Assembly: GCF_009914755.1 (NCBI RefSeq)
Contig: NC_060933.1
Reading direction: 5' to 3' (one strand)
Length of the DNA: 64,000 bases
Source of the DNA: the human T2T-CHM13v2.0 reference genome, Homo sapiens
Below are positions 16,013-33,315 of this stretch, piece by piece. The notes under the pieces were generated by a model. The model saw only the letters and a list, made by a program, of their open reading frames with translations, was not told the origin of the DNA and ran no database searches. The position numbers and the translations under genes are program-made. Every line of letters begins with the position of its first letter. The first letter of the stretch is position 1.

Positions 16013-16959
16013 CTTAGACCTTTCTTTTTACCTGAATTTTGAATATGTATCATATCACTAATCAATGTCTTCCCCATCCTCCCCCCCAGCTCCCTGATTT
16101 GGTTTCTCTTGGGGTGCCAATCCTCCTGTCCCTTACTTCCATATTCCATATGTCTATTTATTTGTGTTACCCATGAAATTGAACACAATTAGGAGAGACT
16201 AGCACGGACCAGGCATTGTAATTCTCAGACCAGAAGTCCCTGGACTTCCAGGGCCTCCAAGCAGCTTCCTCTCCAAGTCTTGCTTTAACCCACTCCAGTT
16301 ATCTGGAGAACTGGATCATATTTTCTTATTGTGATTGGCTTTTAAATGAACATGTAGCCATGGTAACAACTGAGTGCTGATGATAACGAGAAGTCTTATT
16401 TAGAGAAAACCTCTTTTTATTGTCAAAGCAGCTGTGTATGTGTGTTCTTATCTATTGGAATCAATTATTCATCCCATTAGTAAATGCAGCTTTCTCTTAA
16501 ACTGTTTTTGTATTAGAAGCAGGATGCTGTCTATTTAAAAGAGAACTGGAATATTCAGAATGTGTGGGTAAACCAATCCTCCTAGAATAATTTGGGAACA
16601 TTGAAAAATACGCGGGAAGCCGACACGATCATGAGGGCATTTCATCTGAGGAGGACGGAGACAAATAAGGGACTTGCCCAGTGTTTTGATTTCAAGGAAT
16701 TATCAGTCAAGCTGTTTTCTTCATAAAAATAGAAATATCTTAATTTTTCCTGAAAACATGTTTATTGCTAAAACTTAAAAAATATAAAAAAGTCCCCCCA
16801 CTTCCTGCTTATAATCTCATACCCCCCCAACTCTTAATAGTTTGTTATATACACTTACAAATATTTTATGCATGTATGCTTTAAGCATATACACCTTGTG
16901 GGGGGGAGGTGTGTGTGTCTGTGCATACACGTGTACATATTTAACTTTTAAACACAAGT

Positions 16960-17320
16960 GGAGTTTATATGAGTTAGGATTACATTGGGCTGTACATAAC
17001 AGAAACTCTCAAATTATGACTTGAACAAGATAAATCTTATCTCTCACCAGGGAAAAATGACAGGGCTTCTGCCATTACATCCACATTCCAAGGAGCAGAT
17101 TGGAGGAGAGGGAAAGGGGCATAATTCTCTCCTTTTCAAGGAAACTTCTGATTATACTTTATTGCCAGAATTTAGTTATATGGTCCCATCTTTGCAAAGG
17201 AGGAGGGAAATGTCATCTTACTGGTGGGTTACATTGTGCCCACCTAAAAATAAGGTCCCCCTAACTTGAGGGAGAAGACTAGAATGGCTACTTGGTAGGG
17301 AACTAACTCTCTCTCCCAGT
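16960..17320. mobile_element. MLT1-type LTR fragment within old L1ME-like sequence
   Basis: gagttaggattacattgggctgtacataacagaaactctcaaa..., ttattgccagaatttagttatatggtcccatctttgcaaaggaggagggaaatgt. Confidence 0.55.
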
Positions 17321-18894
17321 GTTACACTATTCATAATGTTCTATAACCTCCCCTTTCCACTCAATACACTGTGAGTAGATTCATTTTTAACAGCTGAATA
17401 GTACTCTCCTGCATGACTATGCCACAGCTGGTTTAACCAAACCCCTGTTGATGGGTATCTCAGTAATTTTCTTTATCCCCCCGCCAGAAAGATATTTTCT
17501 ACTCTTCATATGTGAAAAACACAAAGATAATTTCGACAATACCATAACTTCTGGTCTTCCTCTCACTTCTCTCAACATTTCTAATTTATTCAGTTCAGCT
17601 AAATGCACACTAATTAAAGCCATTTTCCTTTCCTGTGCTTTATCTAGAATGCTTCTTAAGGCTAGAGTCCCTTCCTGTCAACTCCTGTGGCTGCAAATCT
17701 CATCCCTCTGTAGTGAATCCTGTTCTCTCCATTGACTACTAATCTTTAACCTACTTCTAGCATTTTTTCTACAGATATACTTTCAAATGTCGCAAAGATA
17801 TATATTCAAGAATGCTTATTACAACACTATTTGTAATAACAGCAAAAACAACCACAAAGCTGGTGGGAGCAGGTGTGGAACATCTTTCATTGGGTGAGTC
17901 AAGTAAATTATGCTACATTTATGTAATGCGATACAAGGCAGCCATTAAAATACATGTGGATCATTACATTGATCCACGTATATTGCTATGGAAAGCTCTC
18001 CAAGACAAATTAGTGAGGGGGAAAATAATAAGATGCAATGTATTGCATTGCAGAATGTATTACCACCTCTCTACCATAACATTATCATATTTGTGTTTAA
18101 AATAAGAAATGTAATACATGTGAACACATTCAGTAAAACTCCTCCTTAACATGATTAGCTGAGTATAAAAATTCATCGGCCCAAAATGTGTTTCCTTTAT
18201 TGTCAGTTTAACGAAGTGATCCAGACCAGGAGCTGGGAGGGGTCTAGTTTTGAGACCCAAATCCGATCTGGTCCTAAATGAGATTGGCGACACCTGATGG
18301 CAATAATCCACTCTGGTTTAAGTATTGCTGGGATACAGCTTCTAGAACAGTAGCAGTGTTTTCAGAAATCCTCCAATTAGTTGGTTCCCATTTTATCTGG
18401 CCCCAATCTAAGGAGATAGTGCCCACAGAATAATGAAGATGTGGGAACCCACATTTCACATCCCCATTTCCAAGACTGGATGGCAAGTCACATTCACACA
18501 CACACCCTCTCACAAGCACCACCAGCACCACCACCACCAACACCACTGCAGCCCACATCTCTGCCTGGGCTAGGCTTAGACAGGAGAGCAGCCCATCACT
18601 AAGGACACTCCGGGATAACTTTGCCATGGATTTCATTGCATACGCTTACATTTACTCCATGCTATGCTGTTTTCTTAAACCTTAGCATGCTAGGTTTTTT
18701 GTAAATTAGTCCAAAATTATAAAATTAAGCTGGAAGGAGTATTGGACATGAACAAATAAGTTACAGCTGAAACCACTTGATTTACAGTAATAAAAAAGAA
18801 ACAAAAATATAGGATGCCTATCAAAGGGCTACTACTGAGAGAGACAGGGTTGCCCCAACAGGGCAATGAAAAGATTGGCAAGAAGACCAACAAT

Positions 18895-19225
18895 CTTTAT
18901 TTATTCATTCATTTATTTTTTGAGACAAGATCTCACTGTGTTGCCCATCGCTCCAGCTCAAGTGCAATGGCTCAATCACGGCTCACTGCAGCCTTAAACT
19001 CCTGGGCTTAAGCAATCTTCTCACATCAGCCTCCCAGGCACATGGCACATGCCACATGCCACCACATCAGGCTATTTTTTTTATTTTTATTTTTTTAATT
19101 TTTGTAGAGATCAGATCACACTATGTTGCCCAGGCTAGTCTTGAATTCCTGGGCTCAAGCAATCCTCCTGCCTTGGCCTCCCAACCTGCTGGGATTACAG
19201 GCAAGAGCCACTGCACCAAGCCAAG
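18895..19225 (-). mobile_element. AluJ
   Basis: Reverse Alu with TSD aagaccaaca. Confidence 0.88.
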
Positions 19226-20807
19226 ACCAACAGTCTTAACTGGAGGATCTCAAGTTTCTTGTATGGCAATTGATACAGAATGTACATCAATAGACCTTAT
19301 CACACAAGCTAAAGGGAGAATTGATTGATTCAAAGACCCTCATCCAAAGATCAGCCATGTCCCAAATTCATCAGTTATCATCTTCACTTCCCACTGTACA
19401 TCGAGAGCCAGGGAGATATAGAGGAGCTAGAAGTCTTCATGTGACTTCTGGGCATGTATAAAAGACACTGAGAGCTGGAAATGGACCTTCTAGAAGGCAT
19501 CCCAGTGGAGCATGAGCTCCTTTACACAGCCACTCCAGAGTGATGCCAACAGACTGGCCACTCTGTGTTCGTGGTCAGCAGGCCATAGAAACTACGTGAG
19601 TGACAAAATGTATTAGTAGCAGTGTGTGTTGGAATGAGTCAATACAAAGAAGAACACAGGCAGGAGATGTGGCTTTGCAAATCACATATGTATATTGAAA
19701 ATTGGAATACACCGTTTGGTGGCTTTGAGTCCTAACACTTTCCCCCCATTTCTTGTACTTGTAGAAATATTGTTCTCACTTTTTCCTGATTTCTTTGTTT
19801 CTCACTCTATTGTGCTTAATGATTGTATTAAGGGTTGTTTCTCCTTTTTCATGTATCCTTAGGAAATGAATAATATGTGTTGAAATCAAAAGACATATAG
19901 AGCACTGTTTTAAAATTATGTGTTAGCAATAGTCAATCATGAAAATGTTGTTTAGGCAAAGCAGTTACATATCTAGGTTTTTGTTGTTATATATATACAT
20001 ACATACATGTATAAAAATGTATTTATATGCCATGCAAATAGGAGTTTAGAGTAGGAACTCAGAAAATTCTTTCTGGGATTCTACTGTTATTCTAAGCAAT
20101 CTTATTTCTCACAATTTTTCTTTATTACTAAATTATATTTTTAAATGTAAGTATTGTCAATTAGGGTGGTATTCATTAATCCATAAATAGAATGTATTAT
20201 CTAAATCACTTATGGTTTACCAATATTCACATGTAGATTGAATACACATTTGTAAGACATGTTTTATTTCTGTGCAGGGGAAATAATTGATATTTAAAAT
20301 TATCTTATTCAAGTCAACTCAAAACTGTGTGAAAAACCACATTAGCTTCCTAATCAGTAAATTAGAGCACTTCCAGATTATTAAGGATTTAGTCATCTTC
20401 TAAAGCATATGCATTAGTGATTATTATTTTCCTGTATCTCATGAGTGAACATTTTGGGATGGCTAATGACATATGTATAGTGCAAGCAGTTTCTGTTTCA
20501 AATTGACCAGCAAGAACTAGTACCTAATTTTATGCTTTGTCAGTGATACTTTGTTTATATATAAGAAATATTTATAATTGATAATAGCAATGGTAATAAG
20601 AAAAACAACATGAATTGTACTGAGATTAAAAACTCAGAAAAACTCACCTGGGCTATGGGACATGATGTATGCAGGAAGATAAAATTCAAGTATATTATTA
20701 GTAAGGCATGCTGCTTCGTCTTAAAGAGGATTTTAAAAAATATAATTAGAAAAAAGTATTAGTAACAACTGACTTTAGGCTGCTAAAGAGATTTTAGAAT
20801 TAATGCT

Positions 20808-21053
20808 ATTTTTTTGAGATGGAGTTTTGCTCGTTTGCCAGGCTGGAGTGAAGTGGCCCAATCTCGGCTCACTGCAACCTCCATCCTCTGGGTTCAAGCG
20901 ATTCTCCTGCCTCAGCCTCCCGAGTAGCTGCGATTATAGGCACCTGCACCACGCCCAGCTAATTTTTTGTATTCTTAGTAGATATGGGGTTTCACCGCCT
21001 GCCTAGGGCTCCCAAAGTGCTAGGATTACAAATGTGAGCCACCATGCCTGGCC
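20808..21053 (-). mobile_element. AluS with internal deletion
   Basis: Reverse Alu, TSD agaattaatgc, roughly 40 bp missing at ~20995. Confidence 0.88.
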
Positions 21054-21155
21054 AGAATTAATGCATTTTATCATTTGTGAAATTTTCTTCTGGAATTGCA
21101 GAGCTTTGGGTACATATGGGACTGACTATTGAATGACAAACCATTGAACGTGTTA

Positions 21156-21548
<393 letters not shown>

Positions 21549-22891
21549 TCAGCATGATGAGGTCCTCAAAGAAGTTACCTCCAAGTTTGAGGAATGGAGA
21601 TGGCTCACCCTCTAGGCAGGTAAATCAGCCGCCAGGTAGACAAATCTTGAGAGTAGAGTGGCAGAATTTCTTTTTTCATTTAGTAAAATAATAACCTACA
21701 TGTCTTTGTATATAATTTTAACTAATCACTTTTTTCAACAATAAAATGCTTACCTTTCTATTTAATTACCTTAACACTGTGGAGTCCATTCCCCTTGCTA
21801 ATGTTTTTATAGAGCACAGAGAATTCCACAGGATAATAAGCAAGTATTGGTTATTATGTTATTTGAGTGCCTGTATTATTTTCTGGGTCATACAAAAAAG
21901 TCTAACTGCCCTTGTGTGTGTCAGAAGTTTTGATTCAACTTCTGTGTTGAGCATCTCTTACACACTAGTGTCAGACTAAGAAATGTAACCAGCAAGAGGG
22001 TCACATTTCTTTATATTTCCAAATCAAGATAAATTAAGCTCAAGAGCCTCAATGTCTAAGGTTAGAGAGAAGTCATTATTAGTCATTTAGGGATGATGGA
22101 GGAACCTCTGGCTTACAAGATCCACTAAACAGAAGGAGGAGCCTGGTTCTCAGTCTAGGTTTCCTCTGCTGTCCCTGTTCTTTCCAAGGACCTGGAGATC
22201 ATCTCCAGTATTAAGGGAAGTACAGGGTACATTAATGACGAATAATAGGATTGTGGAGACAGCTGGGGGAGGGGGACAAGGAAAACACTCCTGGATAAGT
22301 GACAGTTAAGCTGAGACCTGAAGAAAGAGTAGGATGTGACGGAGCTAAGGGAACAGGACCAGTGAAAAAGGAAGAGCATGTAGAAGACCTGGGGGCAGGA
22401 CAGAGCCCGGCACGGAGAGAAGGCCAGGTCTTCTCCGTAAGCACATCAACATCAGCAGCCATTAACTGAACACTCAGGGGGACCACATCAGAGTACAAAG
22501 ACACAGGAGCTCTTTCTCCTACCCTTAAGAAGATCACAGTGTGGGAGTAGAGCTGGGAAGAAATTGACAAGAACACCGTCTCTTACTATACAGTTTGCGA
22601 GGGTTGTAAAGAGTTAAGCAAGAAGAGTGGGCGTGGGGAGGGAGTGCTAATCCATCCTGGATGAGCTGAGCTGAGGAGTGACTGGGGAGGAGGTGATCAT
22701 GAATAAGTTAAACTGGGAGAGAGCTGTTCCCAGGCACAGGGACAGGAGAGGTGCACCCAGTCAGGGAAACTCTCATGGTCTGAATGGCCAGAGGGCGCGT
22801 GTATGCTTCAAGATGAGAATGGAGAGGGAAGCAGAAGCCAGATCCTGAAGGATTTCTGTGCAAAGCTCTGGAGTCTGAACTTTACCCAGCA

Positions 22892-24070
<1,179 letters not shown>

Positions 24071-24669
24071 ATATTTGAGATAATCATCATGTAGATATCA
24101 AATGAAGTTATAAGCAGTGATGAGGTCAATCAAAGACCAAATATAAAACACTGGTTACTATTTGTGGGGTCATAAGCATCTTTGAAAATTTAATGGAAGT
24201 TATAAACTCATTTCCTAGAAAGCAAGCACACATCTATCCAAAGCTACTCACAGAGTGTCAGTAGTATGCTCAGAGGTCAGCAGGAGCCCACGCTCTGTAC
24301 ATTACGGAGGAGTGCTTCTGGCCATACTTTCTTCTCAGAAGTGAAGAGCTATTCCGCATGTCATATACATTACCATATGGAGATCATCTTCTTTTCCTAG
24401 AAGGAGAAAGCCTTCTCCCTATCCATAGGAATAAATCTATTCTGTTTGACGAATAATAATCACCATGAGTAGGGCTTGGGGGATGTGGCTCCTCAAGGCA
24501 ATGCCTGATGGCAGCAGATGGCCACTAAAAGGCTAGATTCTGCTAATTGAAAGTGTACGGCTTCACTGATTGTATATTCCTGATTTAGGGATCCTCAGAA
24601 TACCCACTGTCCTCTAATCCCTGCAGCAGACAGGAGTGCCACCCAGAATCCCAGCAATGAATAGCACTT

Positions 24670-24962
24670 AGACCAGGCATGGTTGCTCATGCCTGTAATC
24701 CCGACACTTTGGGAGGCTGATGCAGGAGGATCACTTGAGACCAGGAGTTTGAAACCAGCCTGACCAACATCAGGAGACCCTGTCTCTATGAAAGAAAAAT
24801 ACAAAAATTAGCCAGATGTAGGGGCCACACCTGTAGCTACTCAGGAAACTGAGATGGGAGGATCACTTGAGCCCTGGAGTTTGAGGCTGCAATGAGCCAT
24901 GATTGTGCCACTGTACTCCAGCCTTGGTGACAGAGCAAGACCTTGTCAAAAAGAAAAGAAGA
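24670..24962 (+). mobile_element. AluJ
   Basis: Diverged dimeric Alu. Confidence 0.85.
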
Positions 24963-26609
24963 ATAAAAACGACAACAAGAAAAATACCACTTAGGCTCAA
25001 TGTGGAACATTCCCTTCATCCCCCTTCTCCCCATGTGCCCTTCACAACCACCATTAGTATAGTTGTAATATATTAGAGTGTGTTTGCTTGTGGACACCAG
25101 AAAGTTAGAGGGATACTTATAATGGGGATGTACAAAGTTTGTTTCTATGTTACATTGTCTACTATTTTTTCAAGTGAAAATGTTTATTTAAATTATTTAT
25201 TAAAAGTTTTCTCCCAAATGATTTGAAGTCACCACTTAGCATCAATAAAAATGAACATGACTCAATTGTCTATATATAAGTCAGTCTCCAAATATTATTA
25301 GATGTTTTATTTCTGTTTCTTCCTACCAATAATTTATGAAACCAATGGCAATACCCAAAACTAATTTAACAAAAATCAAAATCATCAAAACACAAGAATA
25401 AAGAAGTATGGAAAGAAAGAGGTGGGAGGAGGAGGGAGAGAGGGAGGGAAGAAAGAAAGAAACTACAGATAATAACAGACTAATAGAGAAAATTTAATTG
25501 TGTATGTTTAATATTCTGAAAATAGTTATTGTTTAATGAAAACTTGAAGTAGCAAAAACAATTGTGTCTTTCCAATTAAGAAAGAGGAAATAAACATGGG
25601 AAAACTCTTCCCTTTGGACGAAACAGATTTTAAAACAGCTGATAGTCACAGTGGAAGAGAAGGGAGTAGATAGATGGTGTAGAACTACACATGTTCCCCT
25701 AACTCTTTGAATTCTGTTACTTCATTCTTCACTACTCACTGAAATGATGTATGCTGGGACAACAAAGACAGTTGCCAGTCACCATTCCAGGACACCTGTA
25801 TATAACATCTATTTTCTTACTATGAAAAAAAAAAGGAAGAGAAAAAAATTCACTGGGAAGCAAAATATGTGAAGACCAATATATATCTTTGAAACTTTTA
25901 ATTAATAATATATATTTTTTTCTTGGGTATAGATCCCTTTGACCTAAATAATTTGGCATAGAATCTACAACATAGTTGGTATTCAATCAATATTTGCTAA
26001 ATATACGAATGAACAAAAATATATTACATAGCCAATATCCTTAAATTAAGTACCTCAAGGTTATTTCTCTTCCAACGATTTAAGCATGTCTCCTGCTACA
26101 GCATTTTCAGTTTGCATTGCTTACACTTTAATTCCACTCACTAAGAGCTGAATTTAACATCTTAAAAAGAAACTGAATCGGCACACAAAGCAAACGTGTA
26201 TTGGGAACCTACTATATATTAGCCTCTGCGCTTGCAGATGATTGGTCACTGCAAGGGGCATTAAGACAAGGTCCTGCCCTCAAGTCTCAAGTTTGTTTCT
26301 CCTTCTGGCTCTGGATGATATAAAACACTGGGCTAACTAGTGGGGGAGCTAGGCCTCACAGCAAATGCCCTTTCTGTGGAAATGTCCTTGGCTGTCTGGC
26401 CGTGACACAGGAGACCTAAAGCCAAACCATGGGGGACAGCAGGAACAACTGAGGGAGCACCAAGTCAGATGAGGAATGAAGCAAGTCAAATGGAAGGGAG
26501 GAATGGGAAATGACAGGGCTGAAGCCTGCACTGAGTATGAGGTTTATCATCACCCTGCTTTCAGGGCTCCCACATGTTCCAATGGCAACTCACAGTTGAT
26601 GAAATGTCA

Positions 26610-28425
<1,816 letters not shown>

Positions 28426-28893
28426 ATGTGATATAATTTTAAGTGGAAAAAAGCACCATACATAGTTTTTTAAATAACATGCTTACTATAAAAAATGTAT
28501 ATATATAGAAAAGACTGAAACTTGCAAAAATAAGATATGAGATTGTAGGTGATAATGTTCTCTATTTTTAATAGAAGTTTCTTTTATCCCTAGGACTAGG
28601 CTCTGGCTCTGCCAGGGAAAAATGGCAGGAAATAACTAGAATATTCTGCTTTCTCCAAAGTTTTTTTTTTTTAGAATATATCTGTTTGAAGAAAGAAGCC
28701 TTACTTATAACCACTTCACTGACCCACATTCACCTAGCTTCACTGAATGTATGTTCTTCTTGCAGTCCTTGGAAAAGTCATTGCCCATTGATGGCAAACT
28801 CTCCAGGGGTTTTGTTATTTCTCAGAATGCCGGCAATGTAGAAATATGTGGGATATGACCAATCAGACATTTTCATACCAGTCCTGTTTTATA

Positions 28894-29011
28894 ATAGTTC
28901 TTCATTTAGTCACTCACTCATTTGTTCGACATTTAATTTAATAAATAATTAAATCCAACATTAAATAATTAAATGTTGGATGAATGAATGAGTGACTGAA
29001 TGAATAACTAT
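28894..29011. repeat. Inverted repeat / hairpin with 45-bp arms, at an L2 tail
   Basis: Arm 28894-28938 versus the reverse complement of 28967-29011: 38/45 identical. Confidence 0.85.
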
Positions 29012-29199
29012 CTTTACTATATACCAGTAACAATATTGAAATTGCAAGATGAGAAAGGCAAAATCTCTGTCTTCAAGGTGCTCATAGTCTAGTAAAGAAA
29101 AGAGGTTCACACAAACAATGGCTCCACCGGTATCACAGTGCTAGGGTGGGTCCCTGTTTAAGGTAAAGTGGGGCATCACAGAGATAATGGCCTGTTCTG

Positions 29200-30925
29200 C
29201 TCACTTCCTGCTCCACTATGACTAGTCAGTGACTTCCCCTCTTTCCCCAGATCTAAGATTGTCCTTCTTCAGTTTCAACTCACTTTCAGGAGATGACCTT
29301 CATGATGAAGATAGAGGTCATCGGAATGGAACTCTCATCCTCATTGTCCTGCCGCCTAGAGAACAAACCTGCCAGCATCTGTACCCTCTCCTTCAGAGGG
29401 AAGTGTTCTCTTTCTAGCAAAGACGAATCCCTTCTCAGGGGAGAGATCCCACTCCTTCCAGCCATCCTAGGAGCCTTGTCCCACAGGCTATCCCCCTTCT
29501 CTCCTGGAACTCCAGCCTCTTCCTTTCTCCTCTGTGCTTAACTCTGCAATTCCATCACCTATTAAAGAAGAACCCTTATCTGATTGTACATTCCTTATCT
29601 GCTACCACCTGATTGTCTGTCCTCTTTTATTCTAAACTTCGTAAAAAAGAAAGTCACCTGCACAATGTTCCACTTTCTTGTAATACTTTCGTTCCTCATT
29701 CTGGCTCCTATGACCCAACCACATTTGCTCTTGCTAAGGTTGCCTATAAGTGCCATCATTGCTCAAGTTTGGAACACTCTGCAGTTCTCACCTCTTTACC
29801 TCTTATTGCCATTCAACACTCTCACCCTCTTCTATACTCTTCCCTGGACTTCACTGATTCCAGGTTTTCTCCACTTCTCTGAGCATTCCCTCTCAATCCC
29901 CTTTGCTATCACCTCTCCCCTTCCTTGAGTCCTAAATGTCAGAGTTTTCCAGGTTCAGCCTTGAGTATCTTTTCTTCCTAGGCAATTTCTACGACTTTAG
30001 AAATTATAGTCCACCCCTATGACCCCTATGACCCCTATGACTTTAAGTGCCATCTGAGACATCTTTTTGGATCTCCAAACCTACATGCTTAACTATTACC
30101 TGACATCTTTACTTGGTTGTTCCACAGGCACCTCAGATTTAACAATTTGAAAACCAAACATTTGATCTCCACTGCCCCCAGCCTATGCATTCCTTCAGGG
30201 GTCCTCATTTCAGGAAAATATACAAAACATCTGTCCACATGGTCATATTAGAAACTTGGTAAATGTCCTTAACATTTTATCCAGACATTCATGTTCTCCA
30301 GTCCTATGAGCACTGCCTTGAAATTAAATGTTGACTCTACCCAAACCTCTCCCTCTCCATACCACATCATTTCTTGTATAGTCTCCTATTGGTCTTCCCT
30401 TTGCTATAGTCACCCATTTCAATCTAGTCCCTACAGAGAAGTCAAAATCATCTTTTAAAATGTTAGCTATGACACATCATTTGCCATTTCAATGTCTTCC
30501 CCATCATACTTTAGATAAAATCTGTCCTCTGTAATGTAGACAATAAGGTCGGTCATGATTTGGATCTTGCCCACTTCTCCAGCCTCTTCTCACATTGCCT
30601 CACCTCAAGCACTATCCTGCTAAAGGGCATTAGCACGTGCTCCTGAGAACCCCTCCTCCCCCATTCTTCACATCACTAAGCCCTGTTCATCTGTCAAGTC
30701 CCTGCTTAAATGTAATGTCACCAAGCAGACTTTTCTTATCCCCATCAATCTAAATTACCATCAATCTAAGTACATTAATATCATGAAAATATTAATTTCT
30801 GTTTAGTTGTTTAATATTCATATTCCCCATCAGATTATAAGCTCTTTTAAGGTGGAGATCATGTGTTTCTGGTTTGCCTATGCCTCTGGTGCCTAGCTTT
30901 GTGTCTAGTAAATAGTGGTTACATG
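29200..30925 (+). mobile_element. Degenerate L2 fragments
   Basis: Pyrimidine-rich L2 ORF2/3' text (tgacatctttacttggttgttccacaggcacctcagatttaac..., cagattataagctc...gcctagctttgtgtctag). Confidence 0.6.
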
Positions 30926-30927
30926 GG

Positions 30928-31642
30928 TGTATTAGCTCCCTATTGCTGCTGTAACAAATGACCATAAACTTAGTGGCTTTTTCATTTTTTTTTTTTTTTT
31001 TGAGATGGAGTCTTCCTCTGTTGCCCAGGCTGGAGTGAGTGGTGCAATCTCAGTTCACTGCAACCTCCACCTCCTGGTTCAAGTGATTCTCCTACCTCAA
31101 CCTCCCGAGTAGTTGGGATTACAGGCATGCGCCACCACACCCAGTTAATTTTTGTATTTTTAGTAGAGACAGGGTTTCACCATGTTGGCCAGGCCAGTCT
31201 CGAACTCCTGAACTCAGGTGATCTGCCCTCCTTGGCCTCCCAAAGTTAGTACTTTAAACAACACAAATGTATTATCTGATAGTTCTGGGTATCAGAAGTC
31301 CTACATGAGTCTTACAGGGCAAAAACCAAGATGTCAGCAGAGTTGGTTCCTTCTGGAGGCTCCAGAGGAGAATCTACTTTCTTGCATTTTCCAGCTACCA
31401 GAGCTGCATTCCTTTCTCTTTCTCTGCCTTCAAACCCAGTAGTGTAGCATCTTCAAATCTCTCTGCTTCTGTCTTCACATCACCTTCTGTCTTACTCTTA
31501 CTCTGTCTCTCTTTCCCCTCATCTCAAGATCCTTAACTCAGTCACATTTGCAAAGTCCTTTTGACCATGTAAAGCAACATATTCACAACTTCTGGATATT
31601 AGGAACTGATGATTCTTGGGGACCATTATTTAGCCTACCACA
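30928..31642. mobile_element. MLT1-type LTR with an inserted AluS (30985-31247, -, 5' part missing)
   Basis: Termini tgtattagctccctattgctgctgtaacaaatgaccataaacttagtggctt and ggggaccattatttagcctaccaca. Confidence 0.8.
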
Positions 31643-32379
31643 GTAATTGTTGAGTGAATTAATGAGTGAAGGGAGAGAGCCAGGAATGCTTCACAGGGGG
31701 AGAAATGTTTAAACTGTAATATGAGAGATTAATAGGTATTTACCAGGCAGACAAACAAAGGTTGCATTCATTCTAGGAATAGGGAAGTACATGGACAAAG
31801 GGCTAGAAGTAAGAGAAAGCAGGTTTTGTTTGGAGAAGGAAGCAATAGTGTCTTCTTGTACTGAGAGTTTGAGAAAGGATTTGAAATGAGCAGACAAGTC
31901 AAGGCTGAGTTCTACATCACTGGAGGTGTAGAAGATTGTGTAAAGACTGTAGACATTACCTTTAGGTGAGTCAATGCTGAGTCATCTGCATGCTTATTAC
32001 AATTCAGTCATTCAAGATTTAACAAGCAATCATTGAGCAGATTTTTTATGCCAAGAGATGGTTAGGTACCACCTAAAACAGATATCATTAAACCTAAACA
32101 GACCAAAATGGCAGCATAAGAGAGAAGGGATAAAATATTGACTGGCTGTTAGAACATTAGTTTGGCGGTGTCTTATGTACCAGCAAGGGTAACATGTGAA
32201 AGATCTTATAGAAGCTCTGTGTAGTTGTGGCATTCTTCTATGTTTTAAGATGTTTTTAAAATAAAAGTAATACAAATTAGAAAATGAAAGCATGCAAAAC
32301 AAAGAAAATAAAGATACATTTCTACTATTCAGAGATAAACACAATGAATATTTTGGTATATCTACTCCTAGAATTTATT

Positions 32380-32560
32380 TAATATTATGTACATGTGAAA
32401 CTTATTACAAAGTATTTATTACGAAATATTGAGATATGCTAAAAGAAATAGAGAAAAATATAATGAAAATCCAGGTACCCACTACCCAGCTTAAGAAATA
32501 AAACATTATCAATACAGTGAAGATTCCCTGTTTACACACATTTCTGAATTTCCATCTCTC
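32380..32560 (-). mobile_element. L1ME-type 3' UTR fragment, left flank of the TAF1L insertion
   Basis: gtacccactacccagcttaagaaataaaacattatcaatacagtgaag resembles the recalled L1ME 3' consensus; the element appears to resume at ~40505. Confidence 0.6.
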
Positions 32561-33315
32561 TCTTTTTTTTTGGAATTAAAAAATGTGTTACAAAAATAAT
32601 ACATACTTGTAAAACAATTCAAACAATACCGAAATAAAAGCACAATATCCCACCCAGCATACATAACAAACACAGAAGCCCTCTCCCCTCCAATCCCATT
32701 CCTGGGGGGTTATCATTGTGAACAGTTAGCATATATCCTTTCAGACTTTTACCTTTGCATACAAGAGTATATATAAAAACACATACAAATAAACACACAT
32801 GGTTCTGTGTTTTACAAAAATGGAATCACATACATCTGTTATATATGATTCTTCAATTTCTTTCTTCATTCATACGTTACACAGATTTCTAAAACACAAA
32901 CCTGATTACATCACTCCTCTAAGAGCTTATTTCCCATAATATAAAAATCATACACATTAACATCAAATGCAAAGCTTGTGATGATATACTTCCTGCCCAT
33001 CTTTCAGTCTCATCTCTAGCCATTCCAGCATTAAAGGACTGGAATATAAACCATCTTAAATCCTTCCTGGAACAAGGCAGTTACAAACAAACAAACTAGA
33101 AACACACTGCCATTTCTAGACTGTGGCCTTTCCCATTCATGTTACACTTTGCCTGGACTTTTCCGTCTGGCAAACTTCTACTAATTCTAAAACAATCAGC
33201 TTAAAAATTATCTCCAGGAAGACTTCCTTGACTTTTCAGACATAATTACTCCTCTATTTCCCCTATACTTTACAGCTAGCTTCTTAATTGCACTTATCTC
33301 ACAGTACTATAATGA

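Noticed and set aside
21754-21975. Longer version of the 21.8-kb candidate exon using the acceptor at ~21976
   Set aside because: Contains multiple stops in every frame.
30013-30041. (ACCCCTATG)x3 and other short tandem duplications (~3755, ~14800, ~26967, ~27770)
   Set aside because: Ordinary slippage duplications in repeat-derived or intergenic DNA; no spacers, so not CRISPR-like.
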